This document shows positions 40,836 to 49,483 of a stretch of 64,000 bases of DNA, in pieces. Source of the stretch: an uncultured cyanobacterium (GTDB lineage: Bacteria > Cyanobacteriota > Cyanobacteriia > PCC-6307 > Cyanobiaceae); the NCBI GenBank assembly GCA_963697335.1, contig CAVONQ010000016.1, positions 32,001 to 96,000 of the forward strand. Reading direction: 5' to 3'. A program made the position numbers and the translations under genes. A model generated the notes under the pieces. That model was not told the DNA's origin. It did not search any database and worked only from the letters and a program-made list of their open reading frames with translations. The first letter of the stretch is position 1. Each line of letters begins with the position of its first letter.

Positions 40836-42398
40836 GTGCCGCGACTTCCCTGGCTACCGCCGTTGGCCACGGCGCTCCTGATCTGCTGCCTTCCCCCCCT
40901 ACCCCTACGCGCCGAGTGGGAACCCATCGTGCTCCCCAGCGATCTGGAGGTGGAGGCCCTGGGAAGTGGGTGGACCGGTGAACTGCCCCGCTCGGACCCG
41001 GCGCCGCTGCCGGCGGAGCAGCTCACGTCTCTGTCGATGGATCAGGCGGTTCGCTGGTCGAGCCAGCGCAATCCGGTGATCCGTTCGGCGTTTCAGAACC
41101 TGGTGGCCACCCAAAACAGCCTGGGAGCTCAGTACGCCCGCTGGTGGCCAGTGATCAATGTCTCGCTCACCGGGGGGCTCTACGGGCAGGATTCGGGTGT
41201 CAGCGGCACCAGCCTGAATGGGGGTGGCTTCGGCGGTGGCGGTGGCGGCGGCGGCGGCGGCGGCGGCAGTTTCGGCCCCGATGGGGGCTATTTCTCCTCG
41301 ATTGCCCAGGTGGACGCCACCTGGAATCTGATCGACCCCTCCCGGGCACCGGCCATTTGGAAGGCCAAATATCAGGTGCGCCAGGCCGCCGATGCCTACG
41401 TCATCGCCTACCGCGACAACCGTTTGCAGGTGGAGTCGGCGTTCATTGCCCTGCAGGCCGCGGCGGCTCAGGTGCAGGCCAGCAGGCTGATCGTGGATAA
41501 CGACGGCCTGCTCCTGCAACTCACGGAGGCCAAGCTCCGCCTTGGGGTAGCCTCGCGGCTCGATGTGACCAAGCAGAAAACGGTTCTGTTTGCCGACCAG
41601 GTTGACCTTGAGCAGGGTGTCAAGGCGGTCGCGATCGCCCGCAGTCAGCTGGCTGAGTTGCTCAACGTGGACCAGCCGGATCTGATCAACCCAGGCGCCG
41701 CCCTGGTTCCGCTGGGCGTGTGGCCCCACAGCCTTGATCAAACCGTGGAGGCCAGCCTTGCCTACCGCAAGGTGATCCAGCAGAAGCTGCTGGATGTGAA
41801 AGTCTTTGAAGCTGATGCCCAGATTGCCCTGGCTGTCTACCAGCCCACGCTTCAGCTGATCAATACTCTTTATTGGAACCGCAATGCCTATTGGACAGAG
41901 TCGCTGAGAAGCTATGTGTTCAATCCGTCCTCTGCGTTGACTCTCACCTTCACTGGCTTCGACGGGGGGCAGGCACGGATGGAGGCAGAGGCCTCCAGGC
42001 GGAAGTCGGCGGCCGCTGCCCAGGACTACCTGGCAGCCAGGAATTCTGCGCGACAGGAGGCGCAGGCCGATTTCGCCAAGGTGGACGTGGGCCGCAAGGT
42101 GCTGTTGGCTTCGGCCAATGAAGTGGAGCAGGCCAACAAGGCGATTCGGCTTCAGAGCCTTCGCTTCAATGCAGGCTATGGCACGATCACCGATGTGGTT
42201 CAGGCTCAGTTGAGCCTTGCTCAATCAGTTCTCTCGTTTGTCGAAAATCTTAAGGACTACAATCAGTCCCTGACCAGTCTGGCCAGAAACACCGGACTTA
42301 ATTATGTGACTGATTCAGTATTCAGCCGTGATGTGGGTCAGCCTTTGTCGGAATTAGAGCGCCTGCCCGAGCTATTCGATCGACGCACCGGCGGCTGA
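40836..42398 (+). CDS. TolC family outer membrane protein with poly-Gly tract
   Basis: Signal peptide, RNP, WWP..VSL, GVASRLDV, FDGG, RFNAGYGTITDVVQAQ repeats of OEP family; GTG start 40836. Confidence 0.85.
   Translation: MPRLPWLPPLATALLICCLPPLPLRAEWEPIVLPSDLEVEALGSGWTGELPRSDPAPLPAEQLTSLSMDQAVRWSSQRNPVIRSAFQNLVATQNSLGAQYARWWPVINVSLTGGLYGQDSGVSGTSLNGGGFGGGGGGGGGGGGSFGPDGGYFSSIAQVDATWNLIDPSRAPAIWKAKYQVRQAADAYVIAYRDNRLQVESAFIALQAAAAQVQASRLIVDNDGLLLQLTEAKLRLGVASRLDVTKQKTVLFADQVDLEQGVKAVAIARSQLAELLNVDQPDLINPGAALVPLGVWPHSLDQTVEASLAYRKVIQQKLLDVKVFEADAQIALAVYQPTLQLINTLYWNRNAYWTESLRSYVFNPSSALTLTFTGFDGGQARMEAEASRRKSAAAAQDYLAARNSARQEAQADFAKVDVGRKVLLASANEVEQANKAIRLQSLRFNAGYGTITDVVQAQLSLAQSVLSFVENLKDYNQSLTSLARNTGLNYVTDSVFSRDVGQPLSELERLPELFDRRTGG
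41232..41267 (+). repeat. trinucleotide GGY repeat encoding 12 Gly, including (GGC)8
   Basis: GGC GGT GGC GGT (GGC)8 directly visible. Confidence 0.9.
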
Positions 42399-42433
42399 TC
42401 TCTCTCTCAGCGTCTCGAGTCTCACGTTTCGTC

Positions 42434-43872
42434 CTAGGGAGGGTCAAGTGCGCGATTGCGCCGGGCCCGCATGGCCCGGGCCCGTTGGTTCAGCCGGGTG
42501 AAGTTGGGATCCTTGACAATGGAGCATATCTGGCCGTGGAGTTCCTCCTGGTTGATGTCGATTTCCAGGGTCTTGATCTTGGCGAGCAGGGAGTCTCCCC
42601 GGTCAGCTACGGCCAGGGCCATGGAGTTGAACGCCTGCACAAGCCGTCCTAGGGCATCATTGCCGGCGTAGCTGATGGCCTGGCGGCGTTGGCCGTTGCT
42701 GATCGCAGTTGCGGCTGCGGCAAGCTCACGTAGTTGCTGCCGAATGCCTTCAGAAATCCGCCACGCCGCCAGTCCGCAGAAGCCGATCAGACCTAGGGTC
42801 GCTACCGATAGCTGCACCAGGATCCTGAAGGTGTCTGACTGCAACGGCCTGAGCGATTTCAGTAGGGCCTTATTGTCGACGCTCATCACACTGATCCAGT
42901 CCCAGGCTGGGAAGACAGAGATGAACAGGGTGCGCTCTTCCCCCACCGTCCGGGAGTCGCCGGTAGCGGCGCTCCGGCGTTCCATCAGGTAGGGATCGCC
43001 GCTGCCGGAGACCCTGGGCAGCCCACCGGTGGCCTGGAGATCCTTGATCAGATCCTGGCAGGCGGCTTGTCCAGGTTGGGAGTAGAGGCAGATGGGCCTG
43101 TTCGAGGCCGAAAGGCCAAGGAAGGCCAGTTGATGGTCAGCCTGGGGAACAGGTTTGTGGCCGTCTCCAGCAGACTGGAGGCTGCATCGGTTCGCACACT
43201 CACCGAGAGCACCAGTCGTGCGGGGACCGGGTCGGGGCCCAGGGCCGTCAGCTCGCTGAGGCGCCATCCGTGATCCTCCCTCACCAGAGTGCTCTGGGTG
43301 AGCAGTGTTCCGCTGGGGGTGAGATCCAGGGATTCCAACTGTTTTGCCGTTGTGTCTGGTACCCGCCAGAGCGTGGGGAGTGTTGTGTTCTTATCTGTGA
43401 CGCCCGCCAGGCGAAGCCAGCTTTTCCCCTCACGGGTGTAGTAAACAGAGGCGCTCTTGTTGGGCGTGGCCAGGCCCAGCCTCAGGGCGTTGATGACGAC
43501 CTGCTCGGCGGCCTCCCTGGAGAGCGGTTGCCCTTTCCAGCGGAACCCGCCGTCAGGATCCATACCGAGATCCTGCAGGCTTGCCGCCAGACGCTTGCTG
43601 TCATCGGACAGATAGTCTGCGGTCTGATCGGCGCTGCTTTGAATCAATCGGGTGGCGGTCCTTACCCGGGTCAGGTTGTCCTGGTCAATCAGCTTGGTGA
43701 TGTCGTGCCCAGCCTCTCTGGAAAGCCGTAGAGCTGTCATGGAGGAAATCAGAAAGAAGATGGCCATGCTCACCAGCGGACCGCTGACACCCAGAACGAT
43801 CAGCCGCGTTGAGAGCCCCATGGCTGGGCGCCGCGCTGGTGTTTCATCCTTGGGCGCTCCTTGACGGCTCAT
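42434..43872 (-). pseudogene. membrane receptor (TM-Cache-like-TM-HAMP-tail) split by one frameshift; pseudogene or sequencing error
   Basis: ORF 43048..43872 has TM1; ORF 42434..43267 has FPAWDW, TM2, HAMP (LRELAAAATAI..DALGRLVQAFNSM); one extra base in G4 run 43144-43147 joins them into 479 aa. Confidence 0.75.
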
Positions 43873-43946
43873 GGTCAGCTCTCAGAGGAGGGGTTTGAAT
43901 GTAGGATGAATGTCCATGGGCGGTTCAGCCAGGGAGGGACTAAACG

Positions 43947-44717
43947 ATGGTGATGCCTAAAATCATCTCAGTCCACTCTTTCCGTGGTGGTACTGGAAAG
44001 TCTAATCTGACTGCAAATCTTGCCTTCGCTTTCGCGATGCAGGGCAAGAAAGTTGCCGTCTTTGATACCGATCTTGCCTCGCCAGGGATCCACGTTCTGT
44101 TTGGATTCTCGGTTCAGCCTGGCCAGACCACACTGAATGACCATCTGCAGGGATCGGCTCCGATCAAGGACTGTGCCTACAATGTAACGCCAGAACAGGC
44201 TAAGTCCTCCCGCGGCCGGATCTGGTTGGTGCCAGCGTCCATGGAGAGCGACCGCATTGCCCGATTGCTGCGGGAGGGATATCAGGTTGAGCGCCTGAAT
44301 GACGCCCTCTTTGCTCTCGCAGAAACCCTTGGGCTCGATCTCGTGCTGATCGATACCCACCCCGGGATCAACGAGGAAACCCTCCTTTCTGCGGCCATCT
44401 CCGATGTCCTTGTCATCGTGATGCGTCCCGATTCCCAGGACTATCTCGGTACGGCGGTGGCGATTGAAGTGGCGGAAAGGCTGGAGGTGCCCGCCATTCG
44501 TATGGTGGTCAACAAGGTGCCCAGTCATTTCGACCCAGATCAGGTGCGCGAACGGGTGGCCCGCAGTTACGGCGTTCCTATCGGGGCCTCCCTCCCCCTC
44601 AGCGAAGACCTGCTCACCATTGCCAGCGGCAGCCTGGCCCTGGTGGACGTTCCTGGCCACCCGTGGAGCGCCGGCGTGACCCAGCTCGCCACCGACCTGG
44701 CCGATGTGCTGCGCTGA
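43947..44717 (+). CDS. MinD/ParA family ATPase
   Basis: HSFRGGTGKSN deviant Walker A, FDTDL..PG, LIDTHPG, VVNK; GGAGG-like RBS upstream; start 43947 or 43953. Confidence 0.9.
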   Translation: MVMPKIISVHSFRGGTGKSNLTANLAFAFAMQGKKVAVFDTDLASPGIHVLFGFSVQPGQTTLNDHLQGSAPIKDCAYNVTPEQAKSSRGRIWLVPASMESDRIARLLREGYQVERLNDALFALAETLGLDLVLIDTHPGINEETLLSAAISDVLVIVMRPDSQDYLGTAVAIEVAERLEVPAIRMVVNKVPSHFDPDQVRERVARSYGVPIGASLPLSEDLLTIASGSLALVDVPGHPWSAGVTQLATDLADVLR

Positions 44718-45900
44718 TGCTCCAGGCCCCCCAGGGGATCCGGGGGGCAGGCCCGCCCAGGTCGCGTTGCCGGAGGGGCCCCTCTCCATGAGCCTGCTGC
44801 TGGCGGTGGAGCCTGTGACACTCCGACGGCTGCTCCGCCTCGGACTGCGGACCGGTCTGGAGGAAGGGGAGTTTGATCAGCTCTGCAGCGCCAGCGCCGA
44901 CGCCATGGGCATGGCCCCGGCAGCCCTGCGTGAGGGCTTCAGGCACGGGGGTGGCTCGGCTGGGACCCCGGCCGCGACCGCTGGCGGACGCGTCTAGGCG
45001 CCCCCTTCGCCCCGCCGCCTCAGGATTGTCCGGCCGCTGAGCGCGGTCCTGCAGCAGTGGGTTCACCTGCTCCGGTGCCTCATCGTGGGGGCAATGGCCC
45101 AGCCCCGGCAGTTCATGCAGGCGGCGCACGCAGGCGAAGCGCTGCCAGCGGCGGGCTTCGGCCACGGGTTCCCAGGGATCTGCCTGGCCGCAGATCAGGG
45201 TCACGGGCGTGGCCAGCTCGCCGAGCAGGTCCGGGGCCAGGTAGTCATCGAAGAGATTCACGAAGCCGCGGAAGGCCTCGCTGGCGCCGGGCTGCTGGGC
45301 GGGGGTGAGCAGCAATTCCACCAGCTGCTCATCCACGTTGCGGCCGCTGGGATAGGCCTGGAGCAGCACCCGGCGGATCGCCTGCGGGCGGGCGAAGGAG
45401 CGGAACAGCAACTGGGTCAGCCAGCGTTGGCGCACCACGCTCTTGAGCGCTGGGCGCAGGCGGCGCAGCCCTGCGGGCTGGTCAACCAGGCGCTTGTCAT
45501 CGAGGGCTCGCTGGGCGCAGTCCACAAGCACCACGCCGAGGGCGGGATGGCCGCTGCGCTCCAGCTTGGCAGCGGCCGCCAAGGCCACGACGCCGCCGAT
45601 GGAGTTCCCCACCAGCTGCACCGTCTCCAGCTGCTGGGAGGCGATGAACGCCACCACCTGATCGGCCCAGAGCTCCATGCCGTAGTGCAGGCAGCCCGGC
45701 AGGTCGGGTTCGTCCCGCAGGCGGGAGCGGGGCTTGTCGCTGGCCCCGAAACCGATCAGGTCAAGGGCATAGACGGGCCGCTGCTGCCGAAGCGCCTCCA
45801 CGGTGTGGCGCCAGTGTTCCTTGCAGGCCCCGAAGCCGTGGATCATCAGCACGGGAGCCCCGGGGGTGGCGGTCAGGGCCGGTGCGGCCAGATACGCCAT
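44614..45900 (-). CDS. alpha/beta fold hydrolase (homologous part ~45050-45920; 3' read-through suspicious)
   Basis: IHGFGA, LDLIGFGAS, GNSIGG nucleophile elbow, GQADPWE, GHCPHDEAPEQVN; ORF runs ~145 codons past the expected end. Confidence 0.8.
   Translation of the reverse strand: MAYLAAPALTATPGAPVLMIHGFGACKEHWRHTVEALRQQRPVYALDLIGFGASDKPRSRLRDEPDLPGCLHYGMELWADQVVAFIASQQLETVQLVGNSIGGVVALAAAAKLERSGHPALGVVLVDCAQRALDDKRLVDQPAGLRRLRPALKSVVRQRWLTQLLFRSFARPQAIRRVLLQAYPSGRNVDEQLVELLLTPAQQPGASEAFRGFVNLFDDYLAPDLLGELATPVTLICGQADPWEPVAEARRWQRFACVRRLHELPGLGHCPHDEAPEQVNPLLQDRAQRPDNPEAAGRRGRLDASASGRGRGPSRATPVPEALTQGCRGHAHGVGAGAAELIKLPFLQTGPQSEAEQPSECHRLHRQQQAHGEGPLRQRDLGGPAPRIPWGAWSISAAHRPGRWRAGSRRRSTGGQERPPGPGCRWQW
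44704..44997 (+). CDS. small hypothetical partner of the MinD-like ATPase (frame possibly disrupted)
   Basis: Helical core LSMSLLLAVEPVTLRRLLRLGLR directly after ATPase; ends uncertain. Confidence 0.5.
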   Translation: MCCADAPGPPGDPGGRPAQVALPEGPLSMSLLLAVEPVTLRRLLRLGLRTGLEEGEFDQLCSASADAMGMAPAALREGFRHGGGSAGTPAATAGGRV

Positions 45901-46223
45901 CCGCCAACCCCGCCAGGTCGCAGGGGGGCGGGGCGGAGAGCCGGGTGCGGGATAGGCACGCAGACGGCGGGGGCAGCGCAGAGCCCGGACCGGCGGGCGC
46001 CGGGGCGGGCGACGCGCAGCAGGCGGGCGCGGTGAGAGCCGCGACGCGCCGCAGATCAGGCGGCGGCGGACGGGGAGAGGAGAAGGAGACGGGGCAGGGC
46101 GCCGGGCGGCATGGCCGCGAGCCAGGCTGGGGGGTAGGGAGAGGTGACCATCGGGCTGGGGCGGGGGACTGATCGGTGCCGGCCGCCATCTCGTCGGCGC
46201 TGCGGGGCCGCCTCCAGCTGGTT

Positions 46224-46652
46224 TCAGACCGCAGCCTTCTGGTTGTCCAGCAGCTGCTTGAGCTTGGCCAGCTCGCCGGCCCAGCGGGGGTCGGGGGCCT
46301 CGCTGTCCACCTGGTCGGCGTGGACCACTTTGTTCACGGTCTTGCGTTGGGGGGCGGTGCCGGTGCCAGCACGGCGGTCCGAGGTGGGGGCGGCGCCGCG
46401 GGCGTCGCGGCGCTCGGAGACCTCGATGCGCAGGGTGTTGCCACCGAAGTCCTTGCCGTTGAGCTGCTCGATCACGGCGTCGGCCAGCTTCTGGTCGTCC
46501 ACGTTGGCGAAGCCGAAACCGCGGCAGGCGCCGGTGTCGCGATCGTTGACGGCCTTGAAGCGCACCCCTTCCCCGATGGCCGTGAACAGAGCTTCGAGCT
46601 CCTGGGCATCAAAAGACTGCGGCAGGTTGCCGACGTAGAGACGAATGCTCAT
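46224..46652 (-). CDS. rbp: RRM RNA-binding protein with long C-terminal tail
   Basis: RLYVGNL (RNP2), RGFGFA (RNP1), PDPRWA.EL.KLK tail. Confidence 0.92.
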   Translation of the reverse strand: MSIRLYVGNLPQSFDAQELEALFTAIGEGVRFKAVNDRDTGACRGFGFANVDDQKLADAVIEQLNGKDFGGNTLRIEVSERRDARGAAPTSDRRAGTGTAPQRKTVNKVVHADQVDSEAPDPRWAGELAKLKQLLDNQKAAV

Positions 46653-46724
46653 GGCTGGGGAAGGAATAGGAAAACGTTTCGCAGGCGAGGAAAACCTCAG
46701 ACACACGCCTATGACATCTGGAAG

Positions 46725-47993
46725 TTAACCACGCCGCCGGTCCAGCCAGGCCCTGGCGGCGATCAGAGCTGTCGTGCTGGCAGCCGGATCCTGCGGCGGG
46801 ATCCGGCCAAAGGCCCGCTCCAGGGTGAGATGCCTGATCAGCACTCCCAGTTCGGGCCCCGGGGCCAGCCCGAGGGCCTGCTGCAGCTGCAGGCCGTTGA
46901 GGGGAGAGCTGGGGTGAAAGAGGGGGTCTTCCCCCCGCCGCCAGCGCTCCATCTGCTGGCGCGCCTGGGGGGCCGGCAGGGTGAGCAGCAGGGCTGGCAG
47001 GTCCGCCTCCAGGTCCAGGTGCAGCTGCAGCTGCTCGGCCTCCGTGAGGGCAGGGCCCGCTGCGGCCTGCGCCCACCGCCTTCTCCACTGGCGCAGGCGT
47101 CCGCAGCGCTGCTGCAGCTGGCGGCTGGCCCGGAGCTGGCCCAGGGCCTGGGGCGACAGCAGCGCCGCCAGCCGGGCCAGGGGCAGGGCCCAGGCTGCCG
47201 TGGTGCCCAGCCCACAGGCCTCGGCGTGCTCGGCGCTGAGGCTCAGCAGGGCGGGCTCGGCCATGGGGTCGGCCCCCCACGGAGTCAGCAGATTCAGGGA
47301 GGCACATCCGGCCAGGCCCCGCTCGCCGCCAGGGGCCTTGGCCAGCTTCTCCAGTTCGGCGAGCACCCGCTCCCCGGCCACCTCGGCCAGCCTCGCCGCG
47401 TGGCGCTGGATCCAGCTGCGGCTGCGCGCCTCCAGCACGAGCTCCAGCTCCACCTCCAGGCGCAGGCCACGCAGCAGCCGCAGCGGATCGGCCAGCAGGT
47501 TGGCCTCGCTCACGGCGGCCAGGCGGCCGGCCCTGAGGTCGCCCAGGCCACCGGTGGGATCCAGCAGTGGCCCGCCGGTGGCCAGGGGCAGGGCGATGGC
47601 GTTGGCGGTGTAGTCGCGGCGGTGGAGGTCGTGCTCGAGGCTGCTGCCCTCCTGCCGGGCCAGGTCCAGGGTCCATCCCCGCAGCACCAGCCGGGCGATG
47701 TCCCGGTCGGGGTCAAGCACCACACAGGTGCCGCCGTAGCGGCGGGCCAGCTGCCGGCCCAGGGTGATCGCTCCGCTCGGCACCACCAGGTCGAGGTCGG
47801 GGCAGGGCGCCAAGCGGCCGAGCAGGGCATCGCGCACGGCTCCCCCCACCAGGGCGGAGCCGGCGGGGAAGTGGGCCAGGGGCACTGGCCAGTGCTGGGG
47901 CGACAGCCGCTCCCACAGCCGCACCGCCCGCTCGTCAGCCGGCAGATTGCCCGCCACAATGGGCGCCTGGCGCGGCCTGGCCGGGATGTGCAT
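46725..47993 (-). CDS. tRNA nucleotidyltransferase (CCA-adding family)
   Basis: VGGAVRDALL, DLDL, RRDYTANAIA, DPTGG, ADPLRLLR; start may be GTG 47957. Confidence 0.9.
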   Translation of the reverse strand: MHIPARPRQAPIVAGNLPADERAVRLWERLSPQHWPVPLAHFPAGSALVGGAVRDALLGRLAPCPDLDLVVPSGAITLGRQLARRYGGTCVVLDPDRDIARLVLRGWTLDLARQEGSSLEHDLHRRDYTANAIALPLATGGPLLDPTGGLGDLRAGRLAAVSEANLLADPLRLLRGLRLEVELELVLEARSRSWIQRHAARLAEVAGERVLAELEKLAKAPGGERGLAGCASLNLLTPWGADPMAEPALLSLSAEHAEACGLGTTAAWALPLARLAALLSPQALGQLRASRQLQQRCGRLRQWRRRWAQAAAGPALTEAEQLQLHLDLEADLPALLLTLPAPQARQQMERWRRGEDPLFHPSSPLNGLQLQQALGLAPGPELGVLIRHLTLERAFGRIPPQDPAASTTALIAARAWLDRRRG

Positions 47994-48237
47994 CTGCGTG
48001 AACTGCCGCTGGGTCGACCGCTGTCAGGCCTACCACGCGGTGGAGCGGCAGCACGGTGCACCCCATCTCAGTGCCGAGCCCGACTTCCGCCCCTCCCAGC
48101 CCCGCATCCACGTGCAGGTGCTCGACCTGGAGGCCGAGGGTGTGGGGGTGGAATGGGACGTGCGGGGCTGTGACTCCTTCGCGGCCGATCCGGGCCGCTG
48201 GCAGCGCCTGCGCCCCGGGGAGGTTTGCCCCCCATGA
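47986..48237 (+). CDS. ycf34: Ycf34 family Fe-S protein
   Basis: MCICVNCRWVDRCQAYHAVERQH, EWDVRGC. Confidence 0.93.
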   Translation: MCICVNCRWVDRCQAYHAVERQHGAPHLSAEPDFRPSQPRIHVQVLDLEAEGVGVEWDVRGCDSFAADPGRWQRLRPGEVCPP

Positions 48238-48848
48238 GCTGGCTCCTGGCCCTGCACAGTTCCAGCCCGGTGCTTGGCGTGGGCCTGCGCCGTCTCGATG
48301 GCGGTGGCTCTGACCAGGTGCGGCTGTTTCCCCTGGGCCGGGATCTCTCCAGCGGCCTGCTCGAGAGCGTCGAGTCGCTGCTTCCCGCCTCGTCCTGGCC
48401 TCAACTCTCGCGCCTGGCCGTGGCCACGGGGCCGGGTGGCTTCACCGGCACCCGGCTCACGGTGGTGCTGGCCCGCACGCTCGCCCAGCAGCTGGCGATT
48501 CCCCTCGATGGCCTGGGCAGCTTCCTGCTGGTGGCCCAGCGCCGGCAGCTTGCCGGGCCCACCTGGTTGAGCCAGGAGCTGCCGCGCCGGGGGGTCGTGG
48601 CTGGGGTCTATGGTCCCCGCCCCGACGCCCTGGGGGGCATGGCGCAGTGGCGTGAGCCCCGGCTCTATGGGGACATGGAGGCCCTGCGCGCAGTGGAGCC
48701 CGATCTGCCGCTGCTATCGGCGGAGGTGGATGTGGAGCGTGATGTGCTGCAGCTGCTGGCCCTGAGCGCCCAGGCCCACGCCGCCGCTGTGGCGGCGCCC
48801 TGGGAGCCGGTATTGCCGCTCTACCCCACCTCCCCGGTGCCGCTCTGA
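48234..48848 (+). CDS. tsaB: t6A biosynthesis protein TsaB
   Basis: LLALHSS, VATGPGGFTGTR, ARTLAQQL, LPLYP. Confidence 0.9.
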   Translation: MSWLLALHSSSPVLGVGLRRLDGGGSDQVRLFPLGRDLSSGLLESVESLLPASSWPQLSRLAVATGPGGFTGTRLTVVLARTLAQQLAIPLDGLGSFLLVAQRRQLAGPTWLSQELPRRGVVAGVYGPRPDALGGMAQWREPRLYGDMEALRAVEPDLPLLSAEVDVERDVLQLLALSAQAHAAAVAAPWEPVLPLYPTSPVPL

Positions 48849-49483
48849 TGGCCCCTGCCTCCCGCCGGCACCAGCGGCCCAGGGGGCTTCCGGGTGCGGC
48901 ACGCCCCCGGTCGCGCCGCCGGGGGGGTAAGCGCTGGCTGTTTCTGGCCCTGGCGGCCGGCCTGGCGGTGCTCTCCCGGGGCTGGTGGTGGCCGACGCCG
49001 CCACCGGCCCAGATGATCCTGGTGCTCGGCGGCGATGTGGAGCGGGAGCGCCATGCGGCCCAGATCGCTGCCGAGCGGGGGCTTCCCGTGGTGGTGAGCG
49101 GCGGCAGCAATCCCGAATTCGCCCACTGGCTGTTCGAGGAGCGGCAGGGCCTGAAGCCTGGCCAGGTGAAGCTCGACTACCGCGCCAACGACACCCTCAC
49201 CAACTTCACCTCGCTGGTGGACGACCTGCGCCGGGCCCGCATTCGCCACGCCCTGCTGGTGACCAGCCAGGACCACATGGACCGGGCCCTGCTCGTGGGC
49301 CGCATCGTGGCCGGCAGCAGGGGCATCCACCTCACCCCGGAACCGGTGGACTGTGCCGACCTCTGCAGCCCCGAGAGCCGCCAGAAGATCTGGGGTGATG
49401 GCCTGCGGGCGGCGCTGTGGGTGATCAGCGGCCGTGACCTCAGGAGCTGGGCGGCAGAGCGGCTGAGTCTGAAGCCCCGCTGA
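48848..49483 (+). CDS. YdcF (DUF218) family protein
   Basis: ILVLGG, VVSGG, ANDTLTNF, LVTSQDHMDRA. Confidence 0.85.
   Translation: MAPASRRHQRPRGLPGAARPRSRRRGGKRWLFLALAAGLAVLSRGWWWPTPPPAQMILVLGGDVERERHAAQIAAERGLPVVVSGGSNPEFAHWLFEERQGLKPGQVKLDYRANDTLTNFTSLVDDLRRARIRHALLVTSQDHMDRALLVGRIVAGSRGIHLTPEPVDCADLCSPESRQKIWGDGLRAALWVISGRDLRSWAAERLSLKPR

Noticed and set aside
46176..48173. 665-aa plus-strand ORF, and similar long ORFs at 13122..14954, 50831..52669 and 56456..58108
   Set aside because: They overlap well-supported genes on the opposite strand and have shadow-ORF composition.
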